DNA of 64,000 nucleotides from the NCBI RefSeq assembly GCF_035084215.1, contig NC_090361.1, positions 1,922,001 to 1,986,000 of the forward strand, given 5' to 3'. Of the stretch, positions 1 to 11,055 are shown in pieces; within the stretch, counting starts at the first letter, position 1, and each line of letters begins with the position of its first letter. The stretch comes from Heptranchias perlo. Its lineage: Eukaryota. The translations under genes were made by a program, and so were the position numbers. A model generated the notes under the pieces. The model saw only the letters and a list, made by a program, of their open reading frames with translations. It was not told the origin of the DNA and searched no databases.

Positions 1-1047
1 AAGAGGAGGAAGAAAAAATATATGAAAATACATTGCATATGAATTTATAATATGAAGGTCAAGATAGTTTTGTTCCTATTGTTGTCTTACCTGCATCTGA
101 CCTGAGCAACAGCAATTCATTCATTATAGCAGCTACGTGATTGGGGCAGCTCCATTAAGAAATTCTGCACAGTTTAAGCTGTATTTTTACAGTCATGTTC
201 AGAGAGAGGATTGCGACCATGCTGTGTTGGATTTAGAGCTGTAATTAGCCCCAGATTTAAATTTCACTGACTGCATCCTGGGCTGACACTTCCTCTGGTG
301 CATGTCATCTTTTAGCAAATATTTCAGACTAATTATATGGATTTATGATCTTTTACATTGTCATCCCTTAAGTGTTAAGTAGTAAATTCTATACATCTGC
401 TCTAATGTACATTGGTGTTTGTAACATTGAGAATCAGACACTAAAGTCCTCATTAGATACTTAGTTATACATAGTGTTCAAACAGACACACCAAAACACC
501 ATCAAAAGAATAGCAATAAAACTTAAACACAATATTTTAGCAATGACAGCGAGGTAATTATAACCTGTCACAAATTTGAAGACTAGATGCAGAAGTAGAA
601 CCAAAGGCATTTAAATGGCGCCTTATATCATCTTGGAAACCTCTCAAAGCACTTTGCGCACTGATGACTTTAAACCAAGATGAATGAAGGAAAAGGTGAT
701 AAAGGGATAAGGGAAATGTGATTTGGACTATTTGCTCGTGTGGAGGGTAAATGCCGACATGGACTGGTTGGGCCAAATTGTGTTGTATTTGTGTTGTAAC
801 TTTCATGTATTTCTATGAGTTCTCCTGGTATCTTGGCCAACATTCCTCCATCAACCAACACCAGCAACAAAATTCACACCATGCAGTACTTTGGAGTTCA
901 GTGATGTTTCACTCTACCTAAGTTCATTATCATTGGAGTTTTTCTGTAACAACATTCATTACAAGTAGAGTTGTACCATAACTGAGTTACTATAAATGTA
1001 AGGAATCTTACAACACCAGGTTATAGTCCAACAAATTTATTTTAAAA

Positions 1048-1084
1048 TCACAAGCTTTCGGAGATTATCCCCTTCGTCAGATGA
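1048..1084 (-). ncRNA. Minimal hammerhead-ribozyme-like motif (inverted copy)
   Basis: Exact reverse complement of 1352-1388. Confidence 0.55.
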
Positions 1085-1351
1085 ATGAGTGAAAAGGTTC
1101 TCAAATTGCATATCTTATACTAGGCTGGGACAGCATCACACCAATCAAAAGGAGTCGTTGTTGTTCAAACAGGCCAGTCACGGAGAACAGCAAGTCTGCC
1201 TGTCTGTGTAATTGACACAATGTATATCCAGTGTACTGGGACGTGCTGTTCTCCGTGACTGGCCTGTTTGAACAACAACGACTCCTTTTGATTGGTGTGA
1301 TGCTGTCCCAGCCTAGTATAAGATATGCAATTTGAGAACCTTTTCACTCAT

Positions 1352-1388
1352 TCATCTGACGAAGGGGATAATCTCCGAAAGCTTGTGA
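1352..1388 (+). ncRNA. Minimal hammerhead-ribozyme-like motif in pLTR
   Basis: TCAT-CTGACGA-A-GGGGAT/a/ATCTCC-GAAA-GCTT-GTGA: core boxes, stem II, palindromic AAGCTT and stem I (TCAT/GTGA). Confidence 0.55.
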
Positions 1389-1657
1389 TTTTAAAATAAA
1401 TTTGTTGGACTATAACCTGGTGTTGTAAGATTCCTTACATTTGTCCACCCCAGTCCATCACCGGCATCTCCACATCATGAGTTACTATAAAAGTAGAGTG
1501 TCACTACATCTGTATTGACTATAGCAGGTTCTCACTGTAGGTGCTATGGTACTAAAAGCAGAATTTTGTTAGGTATGGAGTTTCACTTTAAATAGATTTT
1601 CACCATAAGTAAGACCATACATTCGGTATCCGTACATTCTTTGCAGAGTCGGGGGTG

Positions 1658-2182
1658 GAAGTGTTCTGTATAAACTGGAGAACACCTTTATCAATACATT
1701 GGGTGAAAGTGTTCTGTATAAACTGGAGAACACCTTTATCAATACATTGGGTGAAAGTGTTCTGTATAAACTGGAGAACACCTTTATCAATACATTGGGC
1801 GAAAGTGTTCTGTATAAACTGGAGAACACCTTTATCAATACATTGGGTGAAAGTGTTCTGTATAAACTGGAGAACACCTTTATCAATACATTGGGTGAAA
1901 GTGTTCTGTATAAACTGGAGAACACCTTTATCAATACATTGGGCGAAAGTGTTCTGTATAAACTGGAGAACACCTTTATCAATACATTGGGCGAAAGTGT
2001 TCTGTATAAACTGGAGAACACCTTTATCAATACATTGGGTGAAAGTGTTCTGTATAAACTGGAGAACACCTTTATCAATACATTGGGTGAAAGTGTTCTG
2101 TATAAACTGGAGAACACCTTTATCAATACATTGGGCGAAAGTGTTCTGTATAAACTGTAGAACACCTTTATCAATACATTGG
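1658..2182. repeat. 48-bp minisatellite, ~11 copies
   Basis: Unit GAAAGTGTTCTGTATAAACTGGAGAACACCTTTATCAATACATTGGGY recurs every 48 bp (1661, 1709 ... 2141) and explains the 16-aa periodic ORFs. Confidence 0.97.
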
Positions 2183-3629
2183 ATCTCTCTGACTTGGAGC
2201 TTCAGGAGTGCTACAAAAAAGGAATCTGTACAAAATATAAAGCCCTAACTGAAAGCAGCACTTCTCTGTATCCTTAATGAATTTGTTTTGAGAAAGTTCA
2301 CTGAGAAAGTTCTGGAGGGATTAAGTGTGGAACGCATTGGATACAAGCCAACCTCTTTGTTCTAACTTCACTGAAATACTTCAGCTCAGTAATTTTACAG
2401 TTATGAAAATGACACAGGATTTTTGGGACACAGACATATTGATAAGAGGGTTTTCTGATTATATCTTTGCTTGTTTTGGAATTCAGCCTGTAGAGATTGG
2501 GAAAACATTCCTCCCTCACCAAATCAAACACTGCTCTGTTTGTTACCCTGTTAGTTTACAGAGAGAAGCATTAAGATTATGCAGAGGCTTCTGAAAAATC
2601 TGGTAGGCAGGAAAATTAGGTGAAGACAAGTAAAAACAGGTAGGAAATAATTGGAAAAGCCAAGAGAACCACGGAATGTAAGCTTGCAACCCCTGCAACT
2701 GTAACGGAGGTGCGGTGGGTTTTGGCTTCCGCCCACATGCAGTTACAGTATAAACGCAGCCTGAATCCAGCGTTAGAGGTAGTCTCACTTTGCTTTCCTT
2801 CAGTGTCAATTGGGCCTTGGCACCTAGTTTACAATCCAAGTTCAGCCTCATTGTGAAGTGGTTCTGGCTTTGCACTAATTCTGAACTTGTGGCGTGTGAA
2901 TAACCCTAATTGCTGAGAACATCCCAAATACCAATAAAAGTTTTTCAAATATATATACACTGTACATAAAGAGTGAAAGCACTGGTCCACTTCAAATGAT
3001 AATGGGAAGTTGGAATCTGGGGACAGAGAAGTGACAGAGTTATGATAGGCGAAGAAAATTTTACAGAGAGTAATTTTTGTTTTGCGTTAATTTTTTGCCA
3101 CCATGGAGAAGCCCCAAGTTGAATCTCCCTCCGTGTTATGTCACTCCAGTGACATCATTTACAGGGAACATATCCACGTGGCCCAGAGCAGCTCACTGAA
3201 AACAGTGGGCGATGTGGTTTCTAACAAGCCTGAGAACTGCTCCTGAGCCAGCTAGGAAACCATGCTACAAACTGGAAAGGCTGCAATCCCAGCTGGTTAT
3301 GGTTCTCTGAGAACCACAGCTCAGAAGCAGACTGTAAGCTGGTTGAGGTCTCATCCTCTTGCTGTTTACAATGGAGCCGTTATGGGATGCTTCCTGTATG
3401 TGACATCACCAAAACAGCTTACTGGGGAGGAGAATCTATTTGGAGATCTCTTTTTTGGCAAGGAAATTTACTTTTTATGGTGAGTTTAATATTTCCTTGT
3501 GTAGAAAGAAGATACTTTGACAAAAAATACTACGAGATCACCCTTCTCCTTTAAAGAGTTACTTCACATTCATTTTTACTTGCTCTCTCTCCCCACTCAA
3601 CACCCCTCCACAGCCTTCCTTCTGGTGTT

Positions 3630-4140
3630 GGTTAGGCCTCATCTGTAATACTGTGTACAGTTCTGGTTACCTAATCATAGGGGAAATGTTATTATCCTTG
3701 AAAGGATACAGAGGGGAACCAAGGTGATTCTGGGTATTTATGGAAAAAGGTTAAGGAGGCTGGGCTGGTTTTCTTTGGAAAAGAGAACATTCCAACAAAG
3801 ATCAATTTGAAGTTATGAGAATTGTGAAGAGGGTTGATAAAACTGATTTAGAAAATTGTGCCAAGGGCTCAAATATCAGGAGCACAGGGTAAAAATGAGA
3901 AAGTTAGGAGTAAGAAGGGAAGTCAAGCAGAATATTTTCACCCAAAGAGTAATAAAGTCGTGGAATAAGCTACCAGGGAAGGGCACTGAAGCAAATAGTA
4001 TAAATGGGTTTGAGGCAACAAGATGTGTTTCTGGAGAGAGAAGCTATTGAATGATATGGCCAATAGGTGGGTAGATGGGAGAGAGATCAATCAAAAGGGC
4101 AATAGGTCGTTGGGCCAAATCACCTCCCTATGTTCTAAAC
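3630..4140 (+). mobile_element. Degenerate CR1 LINE 3' fragment
   Basis: RPHL..CVQFW and FTQRVIKSWNKLP remnants. Confidence 0.75.
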
Positions 4141-5140
4141 CATTTATCATTCTATAATAAGCTGAACCAGTGCCAATTCCTATTAAGGTCTGTCCTATTT
4201 ACTCTCTCACTTACACAGACATATATAAAAAGCTGGACTAGCTCCAGTCCCTAGTGACACAGGTCCTAATTACACTCTCTAAATCTTGATAAATAACACA
4301 AGCAGAACAGTGCCAAGTTCTTTTACAATTCTCTAGAAGAAGATTACTGATCACTGCTGAAATCCATTGGAAATAATCAATAAACATTAATAATCAGTTA
4401 GTATAAATTATCGGTACCTGGACCTAGTAGGCAACACATATTGTTTTGATGTGTTTTTGAACTAGCTGTTCCTCTAACACTGACATATCAATCTGAGCTA
4501 GATTGGCAGGGTGGCAGAGCGCAATAAGACTTTTCCCCAGTGGTAGGAAAATTCAACTGCAAGCGAGTCATCTCTGAAAAAAAGAGGAAAAGGTTTAAAA
4601 CAGAATTTTAGATACAGTAATATGATTTTATTCTATTTGATATTTAGGGAGAATAATACCATTCTAACCTAGACATTTTGAAGTAAGCCAGCGTATTATT
4701 ACAGTGCTTCATTGAGGTACACAAAAACAATTTGGCAATACCTTCCAGGTTCACAATCTAGAAAGACATAAGATCAATAGCTACTGATAACAGCTGGTGG
4801 TGATTTGCAAGTACTATTCCGATCTCCCAGTAGCTCACAACGCCAACTGCCCCTCCCATTCTTATTCCACCCTTTCCATTTTCAACCTCCTACAATACTC
4901 TAACTTCACCACAAAGGTCATGAACAGTAGAGTTGATTTTGTGACAGTCCTTGGCAGTAGCACAGGTGAGGATGTCAGGAGAATGGGCAAGTCAGCCGTA
5001 GGCCTGTTTCTCACCTGATACCTTCTGCTCATTATGACCCTGGTTCCTCAACAGGAATGTACTTCTGTTAGTTCCACGCATTTAAAATGGGCACTGCTGG
5101 GAAGGCACATGTTCGAGTTTGTGGACCTAAAGCTGCATTT

Positions 5141-5290
5141 CAGGATTTGTAGTATTAAAGGTGTCAGCATTTGTACTGTTAAAGCTGTGTGTCATGATTT
5201 GTACTGTTAAAGCTGTGTGTCATGATTTGTACTCTTAAAGGTGTGTGTCAGGATTTGTACTATTCAAGGCATTTAACAGGATTTGTACTC
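5141..5290. repeat. ~28-bp tandem repeat, ~5 degenerate copies
   Basis: ATTTGTACTGTTAAAGCTGTGTGTCATG repeated. Confidence 0.85.
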
Positions 5291-5640
5291 AGTCAGAGGT
5301 TTCAAGCCCCACTGCAGAGACTTGAGCATATAATTTAGGCTGACACTCCCTATGCAGTACTGAGGGAATGCTGCACTGTCGGAGGTGCCATCTTTCAGAT
5401 GAAACATTAAACCAGGAGGACATAAAAAGTACCATGGCACTATTTCAAAGAAGAGCAGGGAAGTTCTCCCCGGTATCCTGGCCAAAATTTATCCCTCAAC
5501 CAATATCATAAAACAGATTTTCTGGTCATTTATCTTATTGTTGTTCGTGGGACCTTGCTGTACATTTCCCTACATTACAACAGTGACTACAGTTCAAAAG
5601 TACTTCATTGGCTGTAAAGCAATTTGGGACATCCTGAAGC
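5290..5640 (+). mobile_element. DeuSINE (SacSINE1/AmnSINE1-related) copy
   Basis: GGCTGACAC..GCAGTACTGAGGGA.TGCTGCACTGTCGGAGGTGCC Deu-domain-like core, shared with copies near 13.1, 23.2, 48.8 and 49.2 kb. Confidence 0.7.
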
Positions 5641-6869
5641 TAAAATAAAGTGTAATCAATTTATTTTCCTAAAAGAATGTATGTGAGATTATTATTTCTT
5701 ACCCTGAATATGCAGCATATGCTCTGTGGGTACAACTTCTAAGAATTCTGTGCAACAATAGTTGTATATTTCAGTGCCACCTACCAAGTTCAATAATGTA
5801 GCAATATGGGCATGTAGGAATGTGATGAATGGTGCCTACGTGCTTTGCATGATGTGTCATTGAACATGCAGTGCTAAGGGAGTGAATTCTCAGTGTCATA
5901 AGTACTTTGGCCATGTACTTTGTGTTGGCAATCATCATGAGGCTGGCAAACTTCATAAGCAAGAATAAAAACAGAAAGTGCTGGAAAACTCAGCAGGTCA
6001 GGCGGCATCTGTGGACTCTGTTTCTCTCTTCACAGATGCTGCCTGATCTGCTGAGTGTTTTCCAGCATTTTATGTTTTTGTTTCAGATTTCCAGCACCTA
6101 CAGTATTTTATTTTTGTTTTAAACTTCTTAAGCATTTGCTCCCACAACCTCTGAACATGGGAAACGGTTTTCATCCTTTCAGCCACCTCCTCCTCCCATT
6201 CACTGTGGGCAGCTATTATGAGGAAGGTAACGCTCAGTTCCAAAAGGGCAACCCTCCTTTGTTACAGGTGGTCCCAACAGTACCTCAAGGACTGCATCTT
6301 CAAAAGGTACTGTCCTATTATTCCTCTTCTTTCTCCTATGATGTGCACAAAAAAAATGTTGTACTGCTAATGGACTTTTAAAGCTGCTGCTACACCAGAT
6401 ACCCTGCCCCCACAATAAGTGAGCACCCTGTACCAGCCAAATCGGCACAGAGAGCTTGCAGGTTAAACCTTAATTACCTGACCTCCTATTGCACAGGTCA
6501 GCTTGATGATGAATGCTTTGCTTGCTCCTATCCAGTCCAGCTGGTTTTGCACCAGGATTGGAAAATCTACCCCACTATCTCAGCTTCCTCTTACACTCTG
6601 CACTGAACGCCCACGAGCAACTTCAGACCTTAACAGCCTACCCACATTCACATTCCTCCACCCTCTTTCTGGGGCTGTTTACTCCCCTTTTTTCCTTTGA
6701 ATGCCTTTTCACAGCCTGAGATGACTTTTGCAGAGTCTACAGCCCTTTACACCTCTTTCCACTTCTTTCCACTTCTTTCCATTTGGAGTTTGATAAATTC
6801 ATCAGCTGTCTCTTTGTACCATTATTTAGCACATCTGTCCTCAGCTTTTACCTGCTGTTCTCACTTCTC

Positions 6870-7065
6870 GTCACAAAATAGATAGTAAGGGCTACAAAAA
6901 GAGAGTATGAAAAGAAACTCGCAAGGGATATCAAAACCAATACAAAGAACTTTTATAGTTATATTAGGAAAAAGAGGGTGGTCAGGAGCAGTGTTGGCCC
7001 CTTAAAAACTGAAAGTGGGGATATTGTCATTGACAATGGCGAAATGGCGGACATGTTGAACAATT
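6870..7065 (+). mobile_element. CR1 LINE ORF2 internal fragment
   Basis: Translates to ..KREYEKKLARDIKTNTKNFYSYIRKKRVVRSSVGPLK.., homologous to the CR1 ORF2 segment at 51.9 kb. Confidence 0.75.
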
Positions 7066-7078
7066 TGAACATGTTGAC

Positions 7079-7289
7079 CCATTGTGTATTCAGTATACTG
7101 GGATGTAATGTTTTCCGTGGCTAACCTGTCTGAACACCAACGACACCTTTGATTGCTGTGATCGCCTCCCAGCCTAATATATGCTATGCTTCACTCACTC
7201 ACCTGATGAAGGAGGTAAGCTCCGAAAGCTTGTGATTTTCAAATAAAACTGTTGGACTATAACCTGGTGTTGTAAGATTCCTTACATTT
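7079..7289 (+). mobile_element. Solo Penelope-like pLTR, diverged subfamily, with hammerhead-like motif at 7199-7235
   Basis: Homologous to 1230-1442 (GTTGGACTATAACCTGGTGTTGTAAGATTCCTTACATTT); TCAC-CTGATGA-A-GGAG..CTCC-GAAA-GCTT-GTGA. Confidence 0.7.
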
Positions 7290-7367
7290 ATAGCACCAGG
7301 GAGGCAACATACCATCCTGGAGTCACGTTTGCGGCCGCAGAAACGCCTATCTGTTCCCCTTACAATT

Positions 7368-7868
7368 GATGTCAAGGCCTTAGAGAGGGTGCAGAAGAGA
7401 TTTACTAGAATGGTACCAGGGATGAGGGATTCAGTTATATGGAGAGACTGGAGAAGCTGGGGTTGTTCTCCTTAGAACAGAGAAGGTTAAGGGGAGATTT
7501 GATAGAAGTGTTCAAAAGCATGAACGTTTTTAGTAGAGTAAATAAGGAGAAACTGTTTCCAGTGGCAGAAGGGTTGGTAACCAGAGGACACAGATTTAAG
7601 ATGATCGGCAAAGGAGCTATAGGCGACATGAGGAAACATTTTTTTACACAGCCAGTTGTAATGGTTTGGAATGCTTTGCCTGTAAGGGCGGTGGAAACAG
7701 ATTCAGTAGTAACTTTCAAAAGGGAATTGGATAAATATTTGAAGGGAAAAAAATTACAGGGCTATGGGGAAAAAGCAGGGGACTAGGACTAATTGGATGG
7801 CTGTTTCAAAGTGCCGGCACAGGCGCGATGGGCCGAATGGCCTCCTCCTGTACTGTACCGGCTATGAT
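7368..7868 (+). mobile_element. CR1 LINE 3' end
   Basis: ORF 7439-7786 ERLEKLGLFSLEQRRLRGDLIEVFK; 3'UTR GGGCCGAATGGCCTCCTCCTGT. Confidence 0.9.
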
Positions 7869-7879
7869 AAGCCCTCCCA

Positions 7880-8039
7880 CCGTCCGTTGGCCCGCCCCAA
7901 CAGCCGGCCCGACTCGGCTCTTTAAACACTTGCAGCTGTTTGGCAGCAGCCAGTCTGCACAGAGAGCGGCTCAGTCAGCTCCTGCGGACCTAGAATTCTG
8001 TCGCCTCAGTAGAGGAGAGAGCTATTCCCACCTCGGACA
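7880..8039 (+). promoter_or_regulatory. Putative S1PR promoter and non-coding exon 1
   Basis: GC box CCCGCCCC at 7891, TTTAAA at 7921, donor ACA|GTAAGT at 8040, candidate acceptor TTTGCTTTCTCCAG ending at 8384. Confidence 0.5.
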
Positions 8040-8894
8040 GTAAGTGTGTGCAGATTGTGATTTTTGCACATGATCAATTCTCAGTTTTTGCAGTGCGATT
8101 AGGTGTCTGTAAACTGTGCGGAGTTACAGTGAGCTACTATAGTTCGGTTAGCGTTCAATCAGTTCAGTAACTTCCCAAACTCTAACCCCGGTTTGCGCAC
8201 TCCGTCTCACCACAGGAGGCGAACATCCCGCATTCTGTCCTGATATATATTTAAAATAAAACTATTGGGGACTTTCAATGTTATCGGAAAGCACTATCAG
8301 GTCATAAAAACAAATATTTGATGGATTTGAGTATTATTAATAATGTTTTGGGGAGTTTCTGTATTAAATGTTTGCTTTCTCCAGGTTTTAGGGCTGTGCT
8401 GCCGATTGCCTCCTGGTTGTACTCGGATCCGGGAGTAGTTTGCAGTCCGGGAGACTCCTGGTGACTCATGTGGACCCTCCGATCTCCCGAACCCTTTCCT
8501 GTCTGTTGCAGAACCCGTCCAGGGAGCATCGGCGACCCGGCGCAATACAAGAAACTTCGCCCAGTCCTCAGTGCAGATCCTCGGGGTGACTGAGCATTCT
8601 TCTGCAAATATCAGCCGGACACCGAGCTCGGGTGTCGAGGACTCGCTCGGGAATGAGTGCTCTCCATTTCCACAGTTCCATCACTGCATTAAATGCAAAC
8701 TGTGGCAGCAACTGACCCAGCAACCCGACAACAGTCAGATCAAAGATCAATCATCAGTTCACTGTTAACCTCCATGAATGAACTACTTGCCGATGTCCAG
8801 CTCTACTTTCTGACCGACTAGTCACTCTGGAGTTGTGACAAGGGTAAAGGACAGAAGTGAATATCGGTCACAAGTAGGTACAAGATCAGGAAGA

Positions 8895-10025
8895 ATGGAT
8901 GTGGGGACCACCGGGGACAACCCAAGGCTGAGCCCGAGCTTCAGGGAATACTCCAACAATGAGACTGTGTCCTTGCACTATAATTACACTGGGAAGCTGA
9001 CTCCGGGCCGATTCAAGGCAGGCCTGAAGGTGCATGCTATCGTGTCTCTAATAGTTTGTATTTTTATAATACTGGAGAACTTGCTGGTCCTCATAGCCAT
9101 CTGGAAGAATAGCAAGTTCCACACGCCCATGTATTACTTGTTGGCCAACCTGACTCTATCTGACTTGCTGGCAGGGGTCGCTTACATGGTCAACATCTTG
9201 TTGTCCGGTGCCAATACTCTGAAGCTGACCCCAGTCCTGTGGTTCTTGAGAGAGGCCGGCGTCTTTATCACACTCACAGCCTCTGTCTTCAGTCTCCTGG
9301 CCATCGCGGTGGAGAGGCATGTCACCATGGTGAGGATGCAGTTGTACAACGCAGATAAGAAGTGTCGGACGCGTCTCTTTGTGGCTGCGGATTGGATTTT
9401 CTCGGTGTTCCTCGGAAGCCTCCCGATCATGGGGTGGAACTGCATTGGGAACCTGTCAGAATGCTCCACGGTGCTGCCGCTGTTCTCCAAGAACTACATT
9501 CTGGTTTGCATTCTCATTTTTATTTCAATCTTGTTTACAATCGTGATATTGTACGTTCGAATTTACCGTTTAGTGAAATGCAACAGCCCCGACGTTGGCA
9601 CTACCAGAAGCATGATGTCCAGGAAGTGCCAAAAGTACCTGGCACTCCTGAGAACTGTCACCATCGTGGTGGGCACCTTCATCGCCTGCTGGCTGCCGCT
9701 CTTCGTTGTGCTGCTTTTGGATGTTTCCTGTGCAGTGGGGGCCTGCTGGATTATTTACAAGGCCGATTATTTCCTGGCACTGGCCATGATTAATTCAGCT
9801 TTGAATCCCATCATTTACACTCTGACCAGTAGAGACATGCGCCGAACCATCGTGCGCCTGCTGTGTCTGACTAAAGACGGAGAGCAAGCCAAATGTTGCG
9901 GGGTCCTGATCTCCGAGTGCAGCACCAGTCAGATGGACAGGTCATCCCACAGACACGAGCCCCTCAACACCAACCTGTCCTCTGGCAACGGACCTCAATC
10001 ACCTACTAGAACCTCACTCGCCTGA
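8895..10025 (+). CDS. S1PR5: Sphingosine-1-phosphate receptor 5-like GPCR (376 aa, single coding exon)
   Basis: LHYNYTGKL, LENLLVL, LANLTLSDLLAG, WFLRE (S1P-binding R/E), AIAVERH, LPIMGWNC, CSTVLPL, FIACWLP, NPIIYT. First ATG at 8895. Lies directly upstream of KEAP1 in the same orientation, as S1PR5 does in human. Confidence 0.88.
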   Translation: MDVGTTGDNPRLSPSFREYSNNETVSLHYNYTGKLTPGRFKAGLKVHAIVSLIVCIFIILENLLVLIAIWKNSKFHTPMYYLLANLTLSDLLAGVAYMVNILLSGANTLKLTPVLWFLREAGVFITLTASVFSLLAIAVERHVTMVRMQLYNADKKCRTRLFVAADWIFSVFLGSLPIMGWNCIGNLSECSTVLPLFSKNYILVCILIFISILFTIVILYVRIYRLVKCNSPDVGTTRSMMSRKCQKYLALLRTVTIVVGTFIACWLPLFVVLLLDVSCAVGACWIIYKADYFLALAMINSALNPIIYTLTSRDMRRTIVRLLCLTKDGEQAKCCGVLISECSTSQMDRSSHRHEPLNTNLSSGNGPQSPTRTSLA

Positions 10026-10859
10026 CTTGTGTACAGGATGGCACTGGCCTCAGACGGGTAAGGACTGCCGCAGGGGTGGCCTCCACCTGGGGAACTGCGC
10101 TCACTTTCCCTGCCTTAAGTTGTAGGGAGGACTGGAGTCCAGCAAGTGCACAAAAGAAATGCAAAATCTGCTCAGGTGCACAGTGAAGAGAATGATAATG
10201 TTGGACAGTAAGAATAAAATACCAGCAACCGTGGTCGGCCTCGGGAATCTTGCCAGCTCCCAATTACCATGCAAAAGCTTTCAGAGGCTCCAGCACAGCT
10301 AAGAATATGTAAGAGTTGATGTAGAATATTTCCAAAGACGGACCTGTGCAGTTTGCTTGTTTTAAAATTGACTTGTGATAGATGTAGCATCAAAAGGTCA
10401 ATCCGATTTTAGAAAGAAAGCTTTGTAACATCAGCACCTCGGACTGGCACTGTACCTGCAACAATGCCAACTGGCAGTGGGTCCATGAAATTTAACATCC
10501 AGTCAATTAGGCACAAAAATCGAACTGTGAGTGAACATTTCAGATGTAAAGGGACGTCTCTGTAAAGGCTCCTGCAACATATTAATCTGCATAATCATGA
10601 CAGAGGTAAAATCTAGTGTGCCTCTACCACTGCCTCCTTATCACGTATGTACAGAGTGATTGCAAATTCCTAGATTTCCAGTTTGAATGATTGTGTCCTT
10701 TCCAGGGTTTACCAGACCTCACTTTATTAAAATTGCTGGTTAACAATAAACCCGGCTGTGGCTCAGGACCCCAGAATATTATCATCAGAAGGTGGTTCCC
10801 TTAAATGGAAGTGGGGGTGGGGGGCAGTGTAGGAAATAGCCAGTGGTATTCAGGACTGC

Positions 10860-11055
10860 ACCATGGTGAGAGGGTGGGAGAGGCAGAAACCCTCAACTCA
10901 ATTAAAACGTACCTGGATGTGCACCTGAAGTGCCGTGACCTACAGGGCTACGGACCAGGTGCTGGGAAGTGGGATTAGGCTGGGTGGCTCATTTTCGGCT
11001 GGCGCGGACACGATGGGCCAAATGGCCTCTTGTGCCATAAATTTTCTATGATTCT
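10860..11055 (+). mobile_element. CR1 3' terminal fragment in probable S1PR5 3'UTR
   Basis: Matches the 3' end of the 41.1-42.1 kb CR1; TTTCTATGATTCTA tail. Confidence 0.75.

Larger units (their letters stand above)
994..1477. mobile_element. Penelope-like element, inverted pseudo-LTR structure (non-autonomous)
   Basis: Perfect 199-bp inverted repeat (994-1192 / 1244-1442) with a 51-bp spacer and a 35-nt tail (1443-1477). Direct repeat TGAGTTACTATAAA at 983-996 and 1478-1491 is a TSD. Each arm has CTGANGA...GAAA and AATAAA. Confidence 0.75.

Noticed and set aside
1569-2248. Three overlapping 150-200 aa repetitive ORFs; CRISPR-like appearance
   Set aside because: By-product of a 48-bp tandem repeat; no unique spacers, no cas genes, eukaryotic context
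8835-8894. GTG-initiated 20-aa N-terminal extension of S1PR5
   Set aside because: Artefact of alternative start codons in the ORF track; the first ATG is at 8895
9362-9793. Overlapping 143-aa ORF inside S1PR5
   Set aside because: Alternative-frame shadow of a GC-rich CDS with no recognisable motifs
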